A DNA stretch of 12,168 nt, taken from Vulcanimicrobiaceae bacterium. Its GTDB lineage: Bacteria > Vulcanimicrobiota > Vulcanimicrobiia > Vulcanimicrobiales > Vulcanimicrobiaceae. The stretch spans positions 1-12,168 of the forward strand of contig JBHEMM010000003.1 in NCBI GenBank assembly GCA_046262595.1. Reading direction: 5' to 3'. The translations under genes were made by a program, and so were the position numbers. A model generated the notes under the pieces. The model had not been told where the DNA came from and ran no database searches. It worked only from the letters and a program-made list of their open reading frames with translations. Below, piece by piece: positions 1-7,473 of this stretch. The first letter of the stretch is position 1. Each line of letters starts with the position of its first letter.

Positions 1-661
1 CATGCGAGATCGATTCGAGACCGACGAAGGAGATGATGGCAAGCGAGATGCCGTTCATCAGCTGAAACGAATTCGGCCAGCCGATTTGCATGCTGTGCAC
101 GAGCAAGTCGGGCCGGAACGCGAATAGAAAGCCGAAGAAGAGAATCGAGCATTCGCTCACGACGTCCGCAGCGCTGACCAATCCGTTGAACGCGGTGCTC
201 TCCCGCACGCCAACGATATTCAGCAGAGCCAGAGCGCCGATAAACGCTAGGACGACCCAAAAATGCAGGAGCGGATGAATGCTTGCATCGAGCATCTGCA
301 GGATTGGAAGATGGCTCAGATAACCGACGCAGCCCCATGAAAACAGGGTGATATCGATTGTGAAGTCGAGCAGCACCGCCCAACCCGCGACAAACCCCCA
401 GAAATCGCCCAAGCCGCGCATCACGAAATACTGCCCGCCGCCCGCCACGGGGTATGCCGCCGCCAGTTCCGTGTACGCCAAACCGACGCATACGTACACC
501 AGACCCGCGAAAAGGAACGCGACGTTCGATGCGCCGCCCGCCACGCCGAAAACCAGGCCCAACGCGACAAAGATGTCGGCTCCGACGTCGGCATAGCCCC
601 AAGAATACGAGCCCCAGGGCGTGACGGAACGGCGGAGTTCTTGCTGCTGTTGGCTCTGCAT
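1..661 (-). CDS. APC-family amino acid permease (3' part runs off the left edge)
   Basis: Not in the ORF track because it has no stop in the window. Manual translation from ATG at 661 gives MQSQQQQELRRSVTPWGSYSWGYADVGADIFVALGLVFGVAGG...LAYTELAAAYPVAGGGQYFVMRGLGDFWGFVAGWAVLLDF...LAIISFVGLESISH. It has several TM helices and the APC signatures YxELxxxYPxAGG and F(V/T)GxES. Confidence 0.88.
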   Translation of the reverse strand, partial: MQSQQQQELRRSVTPWGSYSWGYADVGADIFVALGLVFGVAGGASNVAFLFAGLVYVCVGLAYTELAAAYPVAGGGQYFVMRGLGDFWGFVAGWAVLLDFTIDITLFSWGCVGYLSHLPILQMLDASIHPLLHFWVVLAFIGALALLNIVGVRESTAFNGLVSAADVVSECSILFFGFLFAFRPDLLVHSMQIGWPNSFQLMNGISLAIISFVGLESISH

Positions 662-667
662 GCGCGG

Positions 668-1918
668 CTAGTAGCCTATTGCAGTCCGCTCCAACGCATT
701 AATTAAGTACTCGGTCTCGCTCATCTGCTCGGCGAGATCGTAATCGCGGAAGACTTCGAGCGCTTCGTTGAGCTTATGTACGCCGTCGCGGAGTTCGTCG
801 CGCTCCCGCAATCCGTCGGAGGCCTTCTGCAGAATCATCGTGCCGTACTTAAGCGCCGTTTTCGCGTGTTCCAGACGGTTATCCGCCACCAGCAGTTCTT
901 CCAGTGCGCTCACGAACTGGATTTTCGCTTCGTCGTATTTGCGCCGGCGGGTGGCAAGCATCCCTTTGAGTACCGCTTCGTACGCGTCGTTGCGGCTCCG
1001 CGCCGGTGCGAGCGCGCGATCGAGCGCGCGCCGCAGTTCGGTCTCGGGGACGGTTTCGGTGCGGCGTTCACTGCGCGCTTTCTTTGCCGCAGGCGTCGGC
1101 GAAAGCAGCACGTTGAGATCGTTGATGAAATCGCGCGCGGTCTGGTAGCGCTTCGCGGGCTCCTTGTCGATCGAATGCATGATCACGCGCTCGAGCGATT
1201 CGGGAATGTTCCGGTTGATCTCGTGCGGCGGAGTCGGCGCGTCGTGCACGTGCGAGAAGATGGTCGCCACCAAATCATCTTTATCGTTGCGGAACGGGAC
1301 GGTGCCGGTGAATATCTCGTACATCACGACCCCGACGGAGTAAAGGTCGCTGCGAACGTCGGCCGGCTTGCTCAGGAAGCGCTCCGGAGCCAGGTACCCG
1401 ATCGTTCCGACGATCTGGCCCGTGCGCGTGGTTTGCGTCATGTCGCTCGTGCGGCGCGCCAATCCGAAGTCCATCACTTTTACGTGTTTGCCTTCCTCGT
1501 CCGTCATCACGTTCGACGGCTTGATGTCGCGGTGAATCGTTCCCGCTTCGTGCGCGTAAGAAAGCGCTTCGAGCATCTCGATCAGGAACGCAAGCGCCTG
1601 GCGATACGAAAGCGAGCCGCCTTCCAAATCGCGCAGCGTTTTTCCGCGCACGAGCTCCATGACGATATACGAGATACCCGATTCCTGTCCCACATCGAAC
1701 ACTTGAACGATGTTCGGATGGTTGAGCTGCGCCATCGCCTGCGCTTCACGCAGGAAACGGTTATTCACGTCGTCCGAACGGTCAATGAGCACTTTCACCG
1801 CAACGTCGCGATCGAGCAGTTTGTCCTGTGCGCGATAGGTGTCCGCGGTACCGCCCCGGCCGATGAGCTCTTGAATTTCGTAACGTGTGCCGAGCGTGCG
1901 GCCGAGAAACGTATCCAT
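668..1918 (-). CDS. Hanks-type Ser/Thr protein kinase, soluble, with C-terminal helical (TPR-like) domain
   Basis: Kinase motifs IGRGG, VAVK, RFLREA, HPNIV, HRDIKPSN, DFGLAR, GTIGYLAPE, DLYSVG. The C-terminal ~130 aa are helical, with no TM segment or PASTA repeats. Confidence 0.95.
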   Translation of the reverse strand: MDTFLGRTLGTRYEIQELIGRGGTADTYRAQDKLLDRDVAVKVLIDRSDDVNNRFLREAQAMAQLNHPNIVQVFDVGQESGISYIVMELVRGKTLRDLEGGSLSYRQALAFLIEMLEALSYAHEAGTIHRDIKPSNVMTDEEGKHVKVMDFGLARRTSDMTQTTRTGQIVGTIGYLAPERFLSKPADVRSDLYSVGVVMYEIFTGTVPFRNDKDDLVATIFSHVHDAPTPPHEINRNIPESLERVIMHSIDKEPAKRYQTARDFINDLNVLLSPTPAAKKARSERRTETVPETELRRALDRALAPARSRNDAYEAVLKGMLATRRRKYDEAKIQFVSALEELLVADNRLEHAKTALKYGTMILQKASDGLRERDELRDGVHKLNEALEVFRDYDLAEQMSETEYLINALERTAIGY

Positions 1919-1921
1919 GCT

Positions 1922-2263
1922 TTAGAAGGCGTTTCTGTGAAGCGTTAAGCGGTCGCCGTCCATGGCGACCACGTCGAAGCGGATCGGCGCGTTCGGCGCA
2001 ACAATTTGCACGTAGTCCGCAGCGAGCCTGCGCAACGTGCGGCGTTTCTTCGCGTCGACCGCCGAAAGTGCGCTGCCGAAGCGGCGGTTCGAGCGGGCCT
2101 TGACCTCGACGAACACGATCGTCGGACCGTCCTGGCAGACCAAATCGATCTCACCGCCGGGCAGGCGAACGTTGCGGCTGACGATACGGTAGCCGGCTCC
2201 AGCAAGAAACATTGCCGCACGGTCTTCGCCGTGCGCACCTTTAAAGCCGTTAGAGTGCGGCAA
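1922..2263 (-). CDS. yraN: YraN family protein (UPF0102, PD-(D/E)xK-like putative nuclease)
   Basis: Motifs G-x-x-GEDRA, GYRIVSRN, GEIDLV, VFVEVKAR, RFDVVA, NAF. Start reassigned to TTG at 2263 with GGAG 7 nt upstream, giving 113 aa. It follows rnhB, as is usual. Confidence 0.92.
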   Translation of the reverse strand: MPHSNGFKGAHGEDRAAMFLAGAGYRIVSRNVRLPGGEIDLVCQDGPTIVFVEVKARSNRRFGSALSAVDAKKRRTLRRLAADYVQIVAPNAPIRFDVVAMDGDRLTLHRNAF

Positions 2264-2954
2264 CCGCGCTCTCCGGCAAGGGCAGGTGGAAAGCCATCTG
2301 CGCTTCGCGCACGCGCCAGAAGCCCGAGCGGTGATGCGGCGAGGCGCCGTGTTCCTTGAGCGCACGGATATGCTCGGGCGTAGCGTAACCTTTGTGATCG
2401 GCAAAGCCGTAGCGCGGATCCGCCTCATGCATCTCCACCAGCAGCGCGTCCCGGAACACCTTAGCGACGATGGATGCGGCGGCGACGACCGCGCTGCGCG
2501 CGTCGCCGCGGATGAGCGGTTCCTGCGGGCCGGTAAACGACTTGATGCGCACCGCATCCGTTATAAGGTACTCGGGCGGCGCCGTGAGCGCCGCAATGGC
2601 GCGTTCCATCGCGAGCACGCTGGCCCAATAAATGTTCAGGCGGTCTATCTCCGCGACGCTGGCCTGCCCGATGCTCCATGCGGAACAGCGCGCTTTGATC
2701 TCGTGCGCGATCTGCACGCGCAACTCCGGAAGCACTTGTTTGGAGTCGTTCAGGCCTTTGATCATCAGCGGTTCGCACGCGACGACGCAAGCGGCAACCA
2801 CGGGCCCCGCGAGCGGACCGCGGCCCACTTCGTCGATGCCGCCGACGTAGATGAAACCTTTCTCCCGCGCAGCGTTCTCGAACGCGTGGATCCGGTGCAA
2901 CCGACGGCGTTCGCGTTCGTTCGCGTTCTTTTGCTTACGCGCTTTCGGTGTCAT
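2250..2954 (-). CDS. rnhB: Ribonuclease HII
   Basis: Motifs GIDEVGRGPLAGPVVAA, LNDSKQ, GDARSAVVAAASIVAKVFRD, YGFADHKGYATPEH. Confidence 0.96.
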   Translation of the reverse strand: MTPKARKQKNANERERRRLHRIHAFENAAREKGFIYVGGIDEVGRGPLAGPVVAACVVACEPLMIKGLNDSKQVLPELRVQIAHEIKARCSAWSIGQASVAEIDRLNIYWASVLAMERAIAALTAPPEYLITDAVRIKSFTGPQEPLIRGDARSAVVAAASIVAKVFRDALLVEMHEADPRYGFADHKGYATPEHIRALKEHGASPHHRSGFWRVREAQMAFHLPLPESAVAAL

Positions 2955-3771
2955 CGTGCGGTGCCGGTTCCAGGGTGATGCGTCCGAATTTGCCGTCGTT
3001 AAAATCTTTGAGGTACGATTGTGCCGCGTTGTGAAGGTTGGTCTCGCCGCCTTTGCGCTTGAAGCCGCGCGAAGCAGCGAACGCTTCTAGATCCGGAACG
3101 CGTGTGCGGTTCTTGCTCACTTCGGTGAGCCAGCGGTGAAAGCGGGCGACGACGTCTTCCGGGTCGTAGCGTTCGCGCGGCACCGCCCCTGCCATCGCCA
3201 GTTTCCACTGTGCATCGGGAGAAGAGATCTTCGGCACCAGGATGCCCGGGGTGTCCATGAGCTCCAGGTTCGGGCTCACGCGAAACCACTGCAGCTGGCG
3301 CGTGACGCCGGCGCGATCTTCTGCGCGCGCGACCGAGCGCCGCAGCAAGGCATTGATAACCGAGGACTTGCCCGAGTTCGGCACGCCGACGACCATCGCG
3401 CGCTGCGTCGCTTTGGTCTGCGAAGCGATCTGGCCCAGATAGTAATTTGCACGGCTCACGCTGCCTTGCTCCATCGCGTTGACGGCCACGGCCTTTCTGC
3501 GTTTGGTTTGAAAAAACTCCACCCAGCGGCCGGTCTGAACGGGGTCGGCGATGTCTTCCCGGCTGAGCACCAACAAGCGGGGCCGTTTTCCGGCCAGGTG
3601 ATCGAGCATCGGATTAGCGCCGATCTGCGGTACGCGCGCGTCGACGACTTCGATCACGATATCGATCAGTTTCATGTAATCGTCCATCCGCCGCATGGCG
3701 GCGACCATGTGCCCGGGATACCACTGGACGGTTTGCTCGAACTCGCGGTCGGTCTTAACTCCCTCGGTCAT
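2935..3771 (-). CDS. rbgA: Ribosome biogenesis GTPase RbgA/YlqF (circularly permuted)
   Basis: Motifs QWYPGHM, VDARVP, G1 GVPNSGKSS, G2 DRAGVT, G3 DTPGIL, C-terminal GKFGRITLE. Start reassigned to ATG 3771, which overlaps the upstream lepB stop as ATGA. Confidence 0.95.
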   Translation of the reverse strand: MTEGVKTDREFEQTVQWYPGHMVAAMRRMDDYMKLIDIVIEVVDARVPQIGANPMLDHLAGKRPRLLVLSREDIADPVQTGRWVEFFQTKRRKAVAVNAMEQGSVSRANYYLGQIASQTKATQRAMVVGVPNSGKSSVINALLRRSVARAEDRAGVTRQLQWFRVSPNLELMDTPGILVPKISSPDAQWKLAMAGAVPRERYDPEDVVARFHRWLTEVSKNRTRVPDLEAFAASRGFKRKGGETNLHNAAQSYLKDFNDGKFGRITLEPAPHDDTESA

Positions 3772-4277
3772 AGCGCGCCGAGGTGTCCGGCGGGCCAAAT
3801 GCCGGCGAGCACTTTCCCCAGCACCGCGTTCTCGGGAACGACTCCGAAGAACCGCGAGTCCTCGCTGTCGGCGCGGTTATCGCCAAGCACGTAAAGCGCA
3901 CCTTGCGGCACGCGAACTTCGGGAAACGACCGGCGGTCGCCGAAGCGCACGTAGTCTTCGGCGAGCGTGCGCGCATTCACGTAAACGCGGCCGTTTAAAA
4001 TGCGGACGCGATCCCCCGGCAGGCCGACGATGCGCTTGATAAACGTTTCGGGCGCCGGCGTTTCATGGCGGAACGCGATGATGTCGCCTCGCGAGGGTTT
4101 ACCGAGGCGGTAGGCCATCGTATTGATTAAGACAATCTCGCCCGGCGCGATGTGGGGAGCCATGGACAGGCCGGACACCTGCGGGGTGCGCATGAAAAAC
4201 GCGAGCGCTAACGCACCGAGCGCCGCGAGCTGCAGCGTTGCGCTAAAGACGGAGCGCCAATGCATTTGCCGGAGCAC
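3768..4277 (-). CDS. lepB: Signal peptidase I, short single-TM type (copy 3)
   Basis: Box B SGLSM (catalytic Ser), RGDII, FIKRIVGLPGD (catalytic Lys), GDNRADSEDSRFFG. The start is GTG 4277 or ATG 4265. Confidence 0.92.
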   Translation of the reverse strand: MLRQMHWRSVFSATLQLAALGALALAFFMRTPQVSGLSMAPHIAPGEIVLINTMAYRLGKPSRGDIIAFRHETPAPETFIKRIVGLPGDRVRILNGRVYVNARTLAEDYVRFGDRRSFPEVRVPQGALYVLGDNRADSEDSRFFGVVPENAVLGKVLAGIWPAGHLGAL

Positions 4278-4319
4278 GGATGCAACGCTTCGACGCCGTT
4301 TTGCCTGCCCCCCGGGCCG

Positions 4320-5066
4320 TTAAATAATCTTTGCGTGCGAAAAGGGCCAAAAAATAACGAACGCATGGCCCGTGAAGTGGGCCGCTTTTCCGGCGATAGG
4401 CCCGGTGGCAAAAGGACCGGTCGTCTGCGCGAATCCCCAGATGTGCGAGTCCTCGGAGTCGTTGCGGTTATCGCCCATCATGAAATAGCAGTTTTTGGGA
4501 ATCCGGTCGGGCGCGGGCCACTGCGAACGCGGCGGTATGTTGCCCAACGAGGCGGGGATGCGATCGTAGCCGGCTCCCGTATCGACGTAGATTCCGTAGT
4601 TGCGGATAACGAGATTGTAGGCGGGCGCCTGCGCAATATAGCCTTCGTGCAGCGGCTGACCGTTGACATACACGATTCCGCCGTAAATGCGCAGCTTGTC
4701 GCCCGGCCTGCCGATGACGCGCTTGATGAAGTCGTCGGTGGAGGGAATAGGCGGCGGGAAAACGACGATGTCGCCGCGCGAAGGCGCGTGAAAGCGGTAT
4801 TCGAATTTGTTCACGAGCAGCACATCGCCCACTTGCAGTGTCGGCAGCATCGACTCCGACGGAATGTAGTACGTCCGCGCGACGAACGTGATGAGCAGGA
4901 ACGCGGCGAACCCGGCATAGATCACCGGGTCCAAATACTCACGCGCGATGTGGGAGGAGCGCTTCGAGGGGCCGGCTGCCACCATTCGCGCGCTGAGCGC
5001 GATCCGCGCGACCAAAAAGATGCCGACGATCGCGATGAGCACGGTCGGCGAGATCGAAAACCCCAT
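4320..5066 (-). CDS. lepB: Signal peptidase I, two N-terminal hydrophobic segments (copy 2)
   Basis: Motifs IPSESMLPTL, RGDIVVF, FIKRVIGRPGD, GDNRNDSEDSHIWG. Confidence 0.94.
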   Translation of the reverse strand: MGFSISPTVLIAIVGIFLVARIALSARMVAAGPSKRSSHIAREYLDPVIYAGFAAFLLITFVARTYYIPSESMLPTLQVGDVLLVNKFEYRFHAPSRGDIVVFPPPIPSTDDFIKRVIGRPGDKLRIYGGIVYVNGQPLHEGYIAQAPAYNLVIRNYGIYVDTGAGYDRIPASLGNIPPRSQWPAPDRIPKNCYFMMGDNRNDSEDSHIWGFAQTTGPFATGPIAGKAAHFTGHAFVIFWPFSHAKII

Positions 5067-5067
5067 G

Positions 5068-5814
5068 CTAGTTCAAAATCCTCAGGCGCTCGAACGGCCA
5101 CATGAGCAAAAACGCGCGTCCGGTGAACGAGGCGACCGTGGCGCTTTTTGCAAGCGGACCAGATGAAAAACGTCCGTGCAGCTGCGCGAAGCCCCACACG
5201 TGTGAATCCTCGGAGTTGTTGCGGTTATCGCCCATCATAAAGTAATAACCGTTGGGCACCCGGTCGGGCGCCTGCCAAAACCTTTTTGGCGGCACGTTGG
5301 CTTCTTCGGGAAAAAGCTGTTCCATGCCCAGGCCGTTGTCGACGTAAATGCCGTAGTCTTTGACGGCGAGGCGGTATTGCGCCGGCTGCGCAATGTACGG
5401 CTCACGCAAACGCCTGCCGTTCACATAGACGCCGCCGCCTTCGATGCGCAAACGGTCGCCCGGCACCGCTATGACGCGTTTGATGAAGCTGCTGCTCGAG
5501 GGAATCGGCGGCGTGAAGACGACGATGTCGCCGCGATGCGGGCCGCCGAAACGGTATGCAAACTCGTTGACCAGCAGAACGTCCCGTTCGTGCAGCGTCG
5601 GCATCATCGAATCTGACGGTATGTAAAACGTGCGGATAACGAACGTGATCAAAAACAGCGCGGCCAGGCCGGCGACGATGAACGCGTCAAGATATTCGCG
5701 CACGATGGCGGCGGCCGAAGGCGCGCCGCTCGCCGCTGCGACGGGTCTGAAGCTTAAGGCAACGCGCGCAAGCGCGAAAACGCCGATGAGTCCGAGAAGT
5801 TGTAGAGGAGAGAT
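5068..5814 (-). CDS. lepB: Signal peptidase I (copy 1), start codon uncertain and probably non-canonical
   Basis: Motifs IPSDSMMPTL, RGDIVVF, FIKRVIAVPGD, GDNRNNSEDSHVWG. The frame is open upstream of GTG 5703 and encodes ISPLQLLGLIGVFALARVALS, which aligns with the first TM of copy 2 (ISPTVLIAIVGIFLVARIALS). Start placed tentatively at ATC 5814. Confidence 0.9.
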   Translation of the reverse strand: MSPLQLLGLIGVFALARVALSFRPVAAASGAPSAAAIVREYLDAFIVAGLAALFLITFVIRTFYIPSDSMMPTLHERDVLLVNEFAYRFGGPHRGDIVVFTPPIPSSSSFIKRVIAVPGDRLRIEGGGVYVNGRRLREPYIAQPAQYRLAVKDYGIYVDNGLGMEQLFPEEANVPPKRFWQAPDRVPNGYYFMMGDNRNNSEDSHVWGFAQLHGRFSSGPLAKSATVASFTGRAFLLMWPFERLRILN

Positions 5815-5821
5815 GGCTAGG

Positions 5822-6172
5822 CTAGCGGGCAGGTTTTTTCTCTTTGATCCGCGCGGCCTTGCCGATTTTCTCCGTTAAATAGTACAACCGGCTGCGGCGC
5901 ACGATACCGCGTTTGCTCACTTCGACCCGTTCCACGCGCGGGCTGTGCAGCAGGAACGTCTTCTCGACGCCCACGCCGTGCGCCACGCGGCGGACCGTTA
6001 CCGATTCTTGCGCGCCGCCGCCTTTGCGAACCGTCACCACGCCTTCGAACATCTGGGTGCGCTCTTTGCCGCCTTCCACCACCTTGGAATACACCTTGAC
6101 GGTGTCACCTGGGCGGAACTCGGGGACGCTCTCTTTACGCTGTTCGTTACTCAAAACATCGATGACGTTCAT
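5822..6172 (-). CDS. rplS: 50S ribosomal protein L19
   Basis: Motifs [48 protein letters not shown]. Start reassigned to ATG 6172 (116 aa) with GAAGAG upstream. Confidence 0.97.
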   Translation of the reverse strand: MNVIDVLSNEQRKESVPEFRPGDTVKVYSKVVEGGKERTQMFEGVVTVRKGGGAQESVTVRRVAHGVGVEKTFLLHSPRVERVEVSKRGIVRRSRLYYLTEKIGKAARIKEKKPAR

Positions 6173-6243
6173 GACTGCCGTTCTCTTCAATAGGTGCGCG
6201 AAACAAAGAAGGCCGGTGAGGGTGTCCCCACGGCAACCTTGGC

Positions 6244-6272
6244 ATAATACCACGGCGCCCCGGCGCTTTCAA
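6244..6272 (-). promoter_or_regulatory. sigma70-type promoter for the rplS operon
   Basis: On the minus strand: TTGAAA (6272-6267), a 17-nt spacer ending in TGG, then TATTAT (6249-6244). This is a near-consensus -35 and extended -10 immediately after the trmD stop. Confidence 0.75.
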
Positions 6273-6274
6273 GG

Positions 6275-6952
6275 CTAAGAACTCTCCAGGTCAGGGCGCC
6301 GCGCGCGCGTACGAACCCGGCTTTGCTCCCGCCGCCAGGCGGCGATCGCCTCGTGGTTTCCCGAAAGCAGCACCTCGGGCACGGAAACGCCGCGGAACGT
6401 GGCTGGGCGGGTGTAGCTGGGATAGTCTAGCGTGCCGGCACTGAACGACTCGTCATCAAGCGATTCCGGACGAATGGCGCCGGCAAGCAGGCGGACGGTA
6501 GCATCCATCATGGCGAGCGCCGGCAGCTCGCCGCCGGTGAGCACGAAGTCGCCCAACGAAAATTCCTCGACCGGATACAGCCGGCCCAGCCGGTCGTCGA
6601 TGCCCTCGTAATGTCCGCACACGAAGATCAAGTGCGAGAGGCTGGAGAAACGGCGCGCGTCGGACTGGGTAAACGGCTTGCCGCTGGGCGTGGGAACGGC
6701 GATGAGCGTGCTTGCAAGGGGAGAAGCGGGAAGGTTGTCGAGAATGCGCGCGAGCGGCTCGATGCGCAGCACCATGCCGGGGCCGCCGCCGAACGGGACG
6801 TCGTCGGCACGTTCGCTACCGCTGAGCGCGTCGAGAATATGGCGGTAGCGTATATCGACGAGCCGGGCTTCCACGGCCCGCCCAACGATCGAAAGGCCGA
6901 CGAACGGAGCGAAAACCTCCGGAAACAACGTGAGAATGTCGATCGCGAGCAT
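6275..6952 (-). CDS. trmD: tRNA (guanine37-N1)-methyltransferase
   Basis: Motifs IDILTLFPE, DDVPFGGGPGMVL, CGHYEGIDDR, SLGDFVLTGGELPA, LDYPSYTRP, VPEVLLSGNH. Start reassigned to ATG 6952 (225 aa). Confidence 0.97.
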   Translation of the reverse strand: MLAIDILTLFPEVFAPFVGLSIVGRAVEARLVDIRYRHILDALSGSERADDVPFGGGPGMVLRIEPLARILDNLPASPLASTLIAVPTPSGKPFTQSDARRFSSLSHLIFVCGHYEGIDDRLGRLYPVEEFSLGDFVLTGGELPALAMMDATVRLLAGAIRPESLDDESFSAGTLDYPSYTRPATFRGVSVPEVLLSGNHEAIAAWRREQSRVRTRARRPDLESS

Positions 6953-6991
6953 GGAGAGTGTTTCAACCCCGTGACGACAAAGCATCGTCTG

Positions 6992-7471
6992 ATGCCGGAC
7001 GCCGAAAATCTTCCGCTCTCGGACGAGCTGCTTCAAACGATGCGTCTTGCCGCAAAGATAGCGATCGAACTCGGCGAGCCGTTTATTACGCCGCGCGTTC
7101 TTCTCCTCGCGCTGCTCGAAGAGCCCTCGCTCGGCCCCGCCATCGGCCGCGTCATCTTTAAACAGAAGCTGCTCGCCGCAGACGTGGAAAACAATTTCGG
7201 CAGCCTGCGGGCGATCGACGAGTTTCTGCCGGGCGAAACTGCGGCGATGACGCGCTACAACACGCTCGCGTTCAAAACTCCCGACGGCCGCACGAGCATG
7301 TGGCTAAGCAGAGAGGCGCTCAACGTCTTCGTGGAGGGCGCGAAGCGCGTGAACGGGCGGTACGACCCGCGCGAACTGGCGCTGGGAATTGCCGCGGACG
7401 CGGTTCACTCACCGGGGATTTTAGCGGCAATCCGCGTGCAGCCCGGCGTCCTGGGGGACGCCGTGCCGTAG
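6992..7471 (+). CDS. Stand-alone Clp N-terminal (double Clp_N repeat-like) domain protein
   Basis: LSDELLQTMRLAAKIAIELGEPFITPRVLLLALLEE and LSREALNVFVEGAKRVNGRYDPRELALGIAAD...ILAAIRV resemble the two Clp_N helical repeats. No AAA+ domain follows. The start is ATG 6992, with GTG 6971 as an alternative; the upstream part of the 6611 ORF is antisense to trmD. Confidence 0.65.
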   Translation: MPDAENLPLSDELLQTMRLAAKIAIELGEPFITPRVLLLALLEEPSLGPAIGRVIFKQKLLAADVENNFGSLRAIDEFLPGETAAMTRYNTLAFKTPDGRTSMWLSREALNVFVEGAKRVNGRYDPRELALGIAADAVHSPGILAAIRVQPGVLGDAVP

Positions 7472-7473
7472 CG

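Noticed and set aside
776..1948. 390-aa plus-strand ORF, and similar long antisense ORFs at 2286-2978, 3136-3894, 4260-5105, 7522-8004 and 10541-11845
   Set aside because: These are shadow ORFs opposite well-supported genes. They are expected in GC-rich DNA and show no recognisable motifs.
2264..2557. N-terminal extension of the YraN ORF in the track
   Set aside because: It overlaps rnhB in another frame, is Arg-rich and non-protein-like, and a TTG with a good SD exists at 2263.
4278..4322. lepB copies 2 and 3 are in the same frame, separated by one TAA and 14 sense codons (possible read-through fusion)
   Set aside because: Same-frame spacing occurs by chance one time in three, TAA is a strong stop, and both genes are complete with their own membrane anchors.
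5822..5845. A-rich run GAG AAA AAA at the end of rplS as a frameshift site fusing L19 to LepB
   Set aside because: LepB is in the +1 frame, while A-run slippage is typically -1. There is no canonical slippery heptamer in frame, and a Lys-rich tail is normal for L19.
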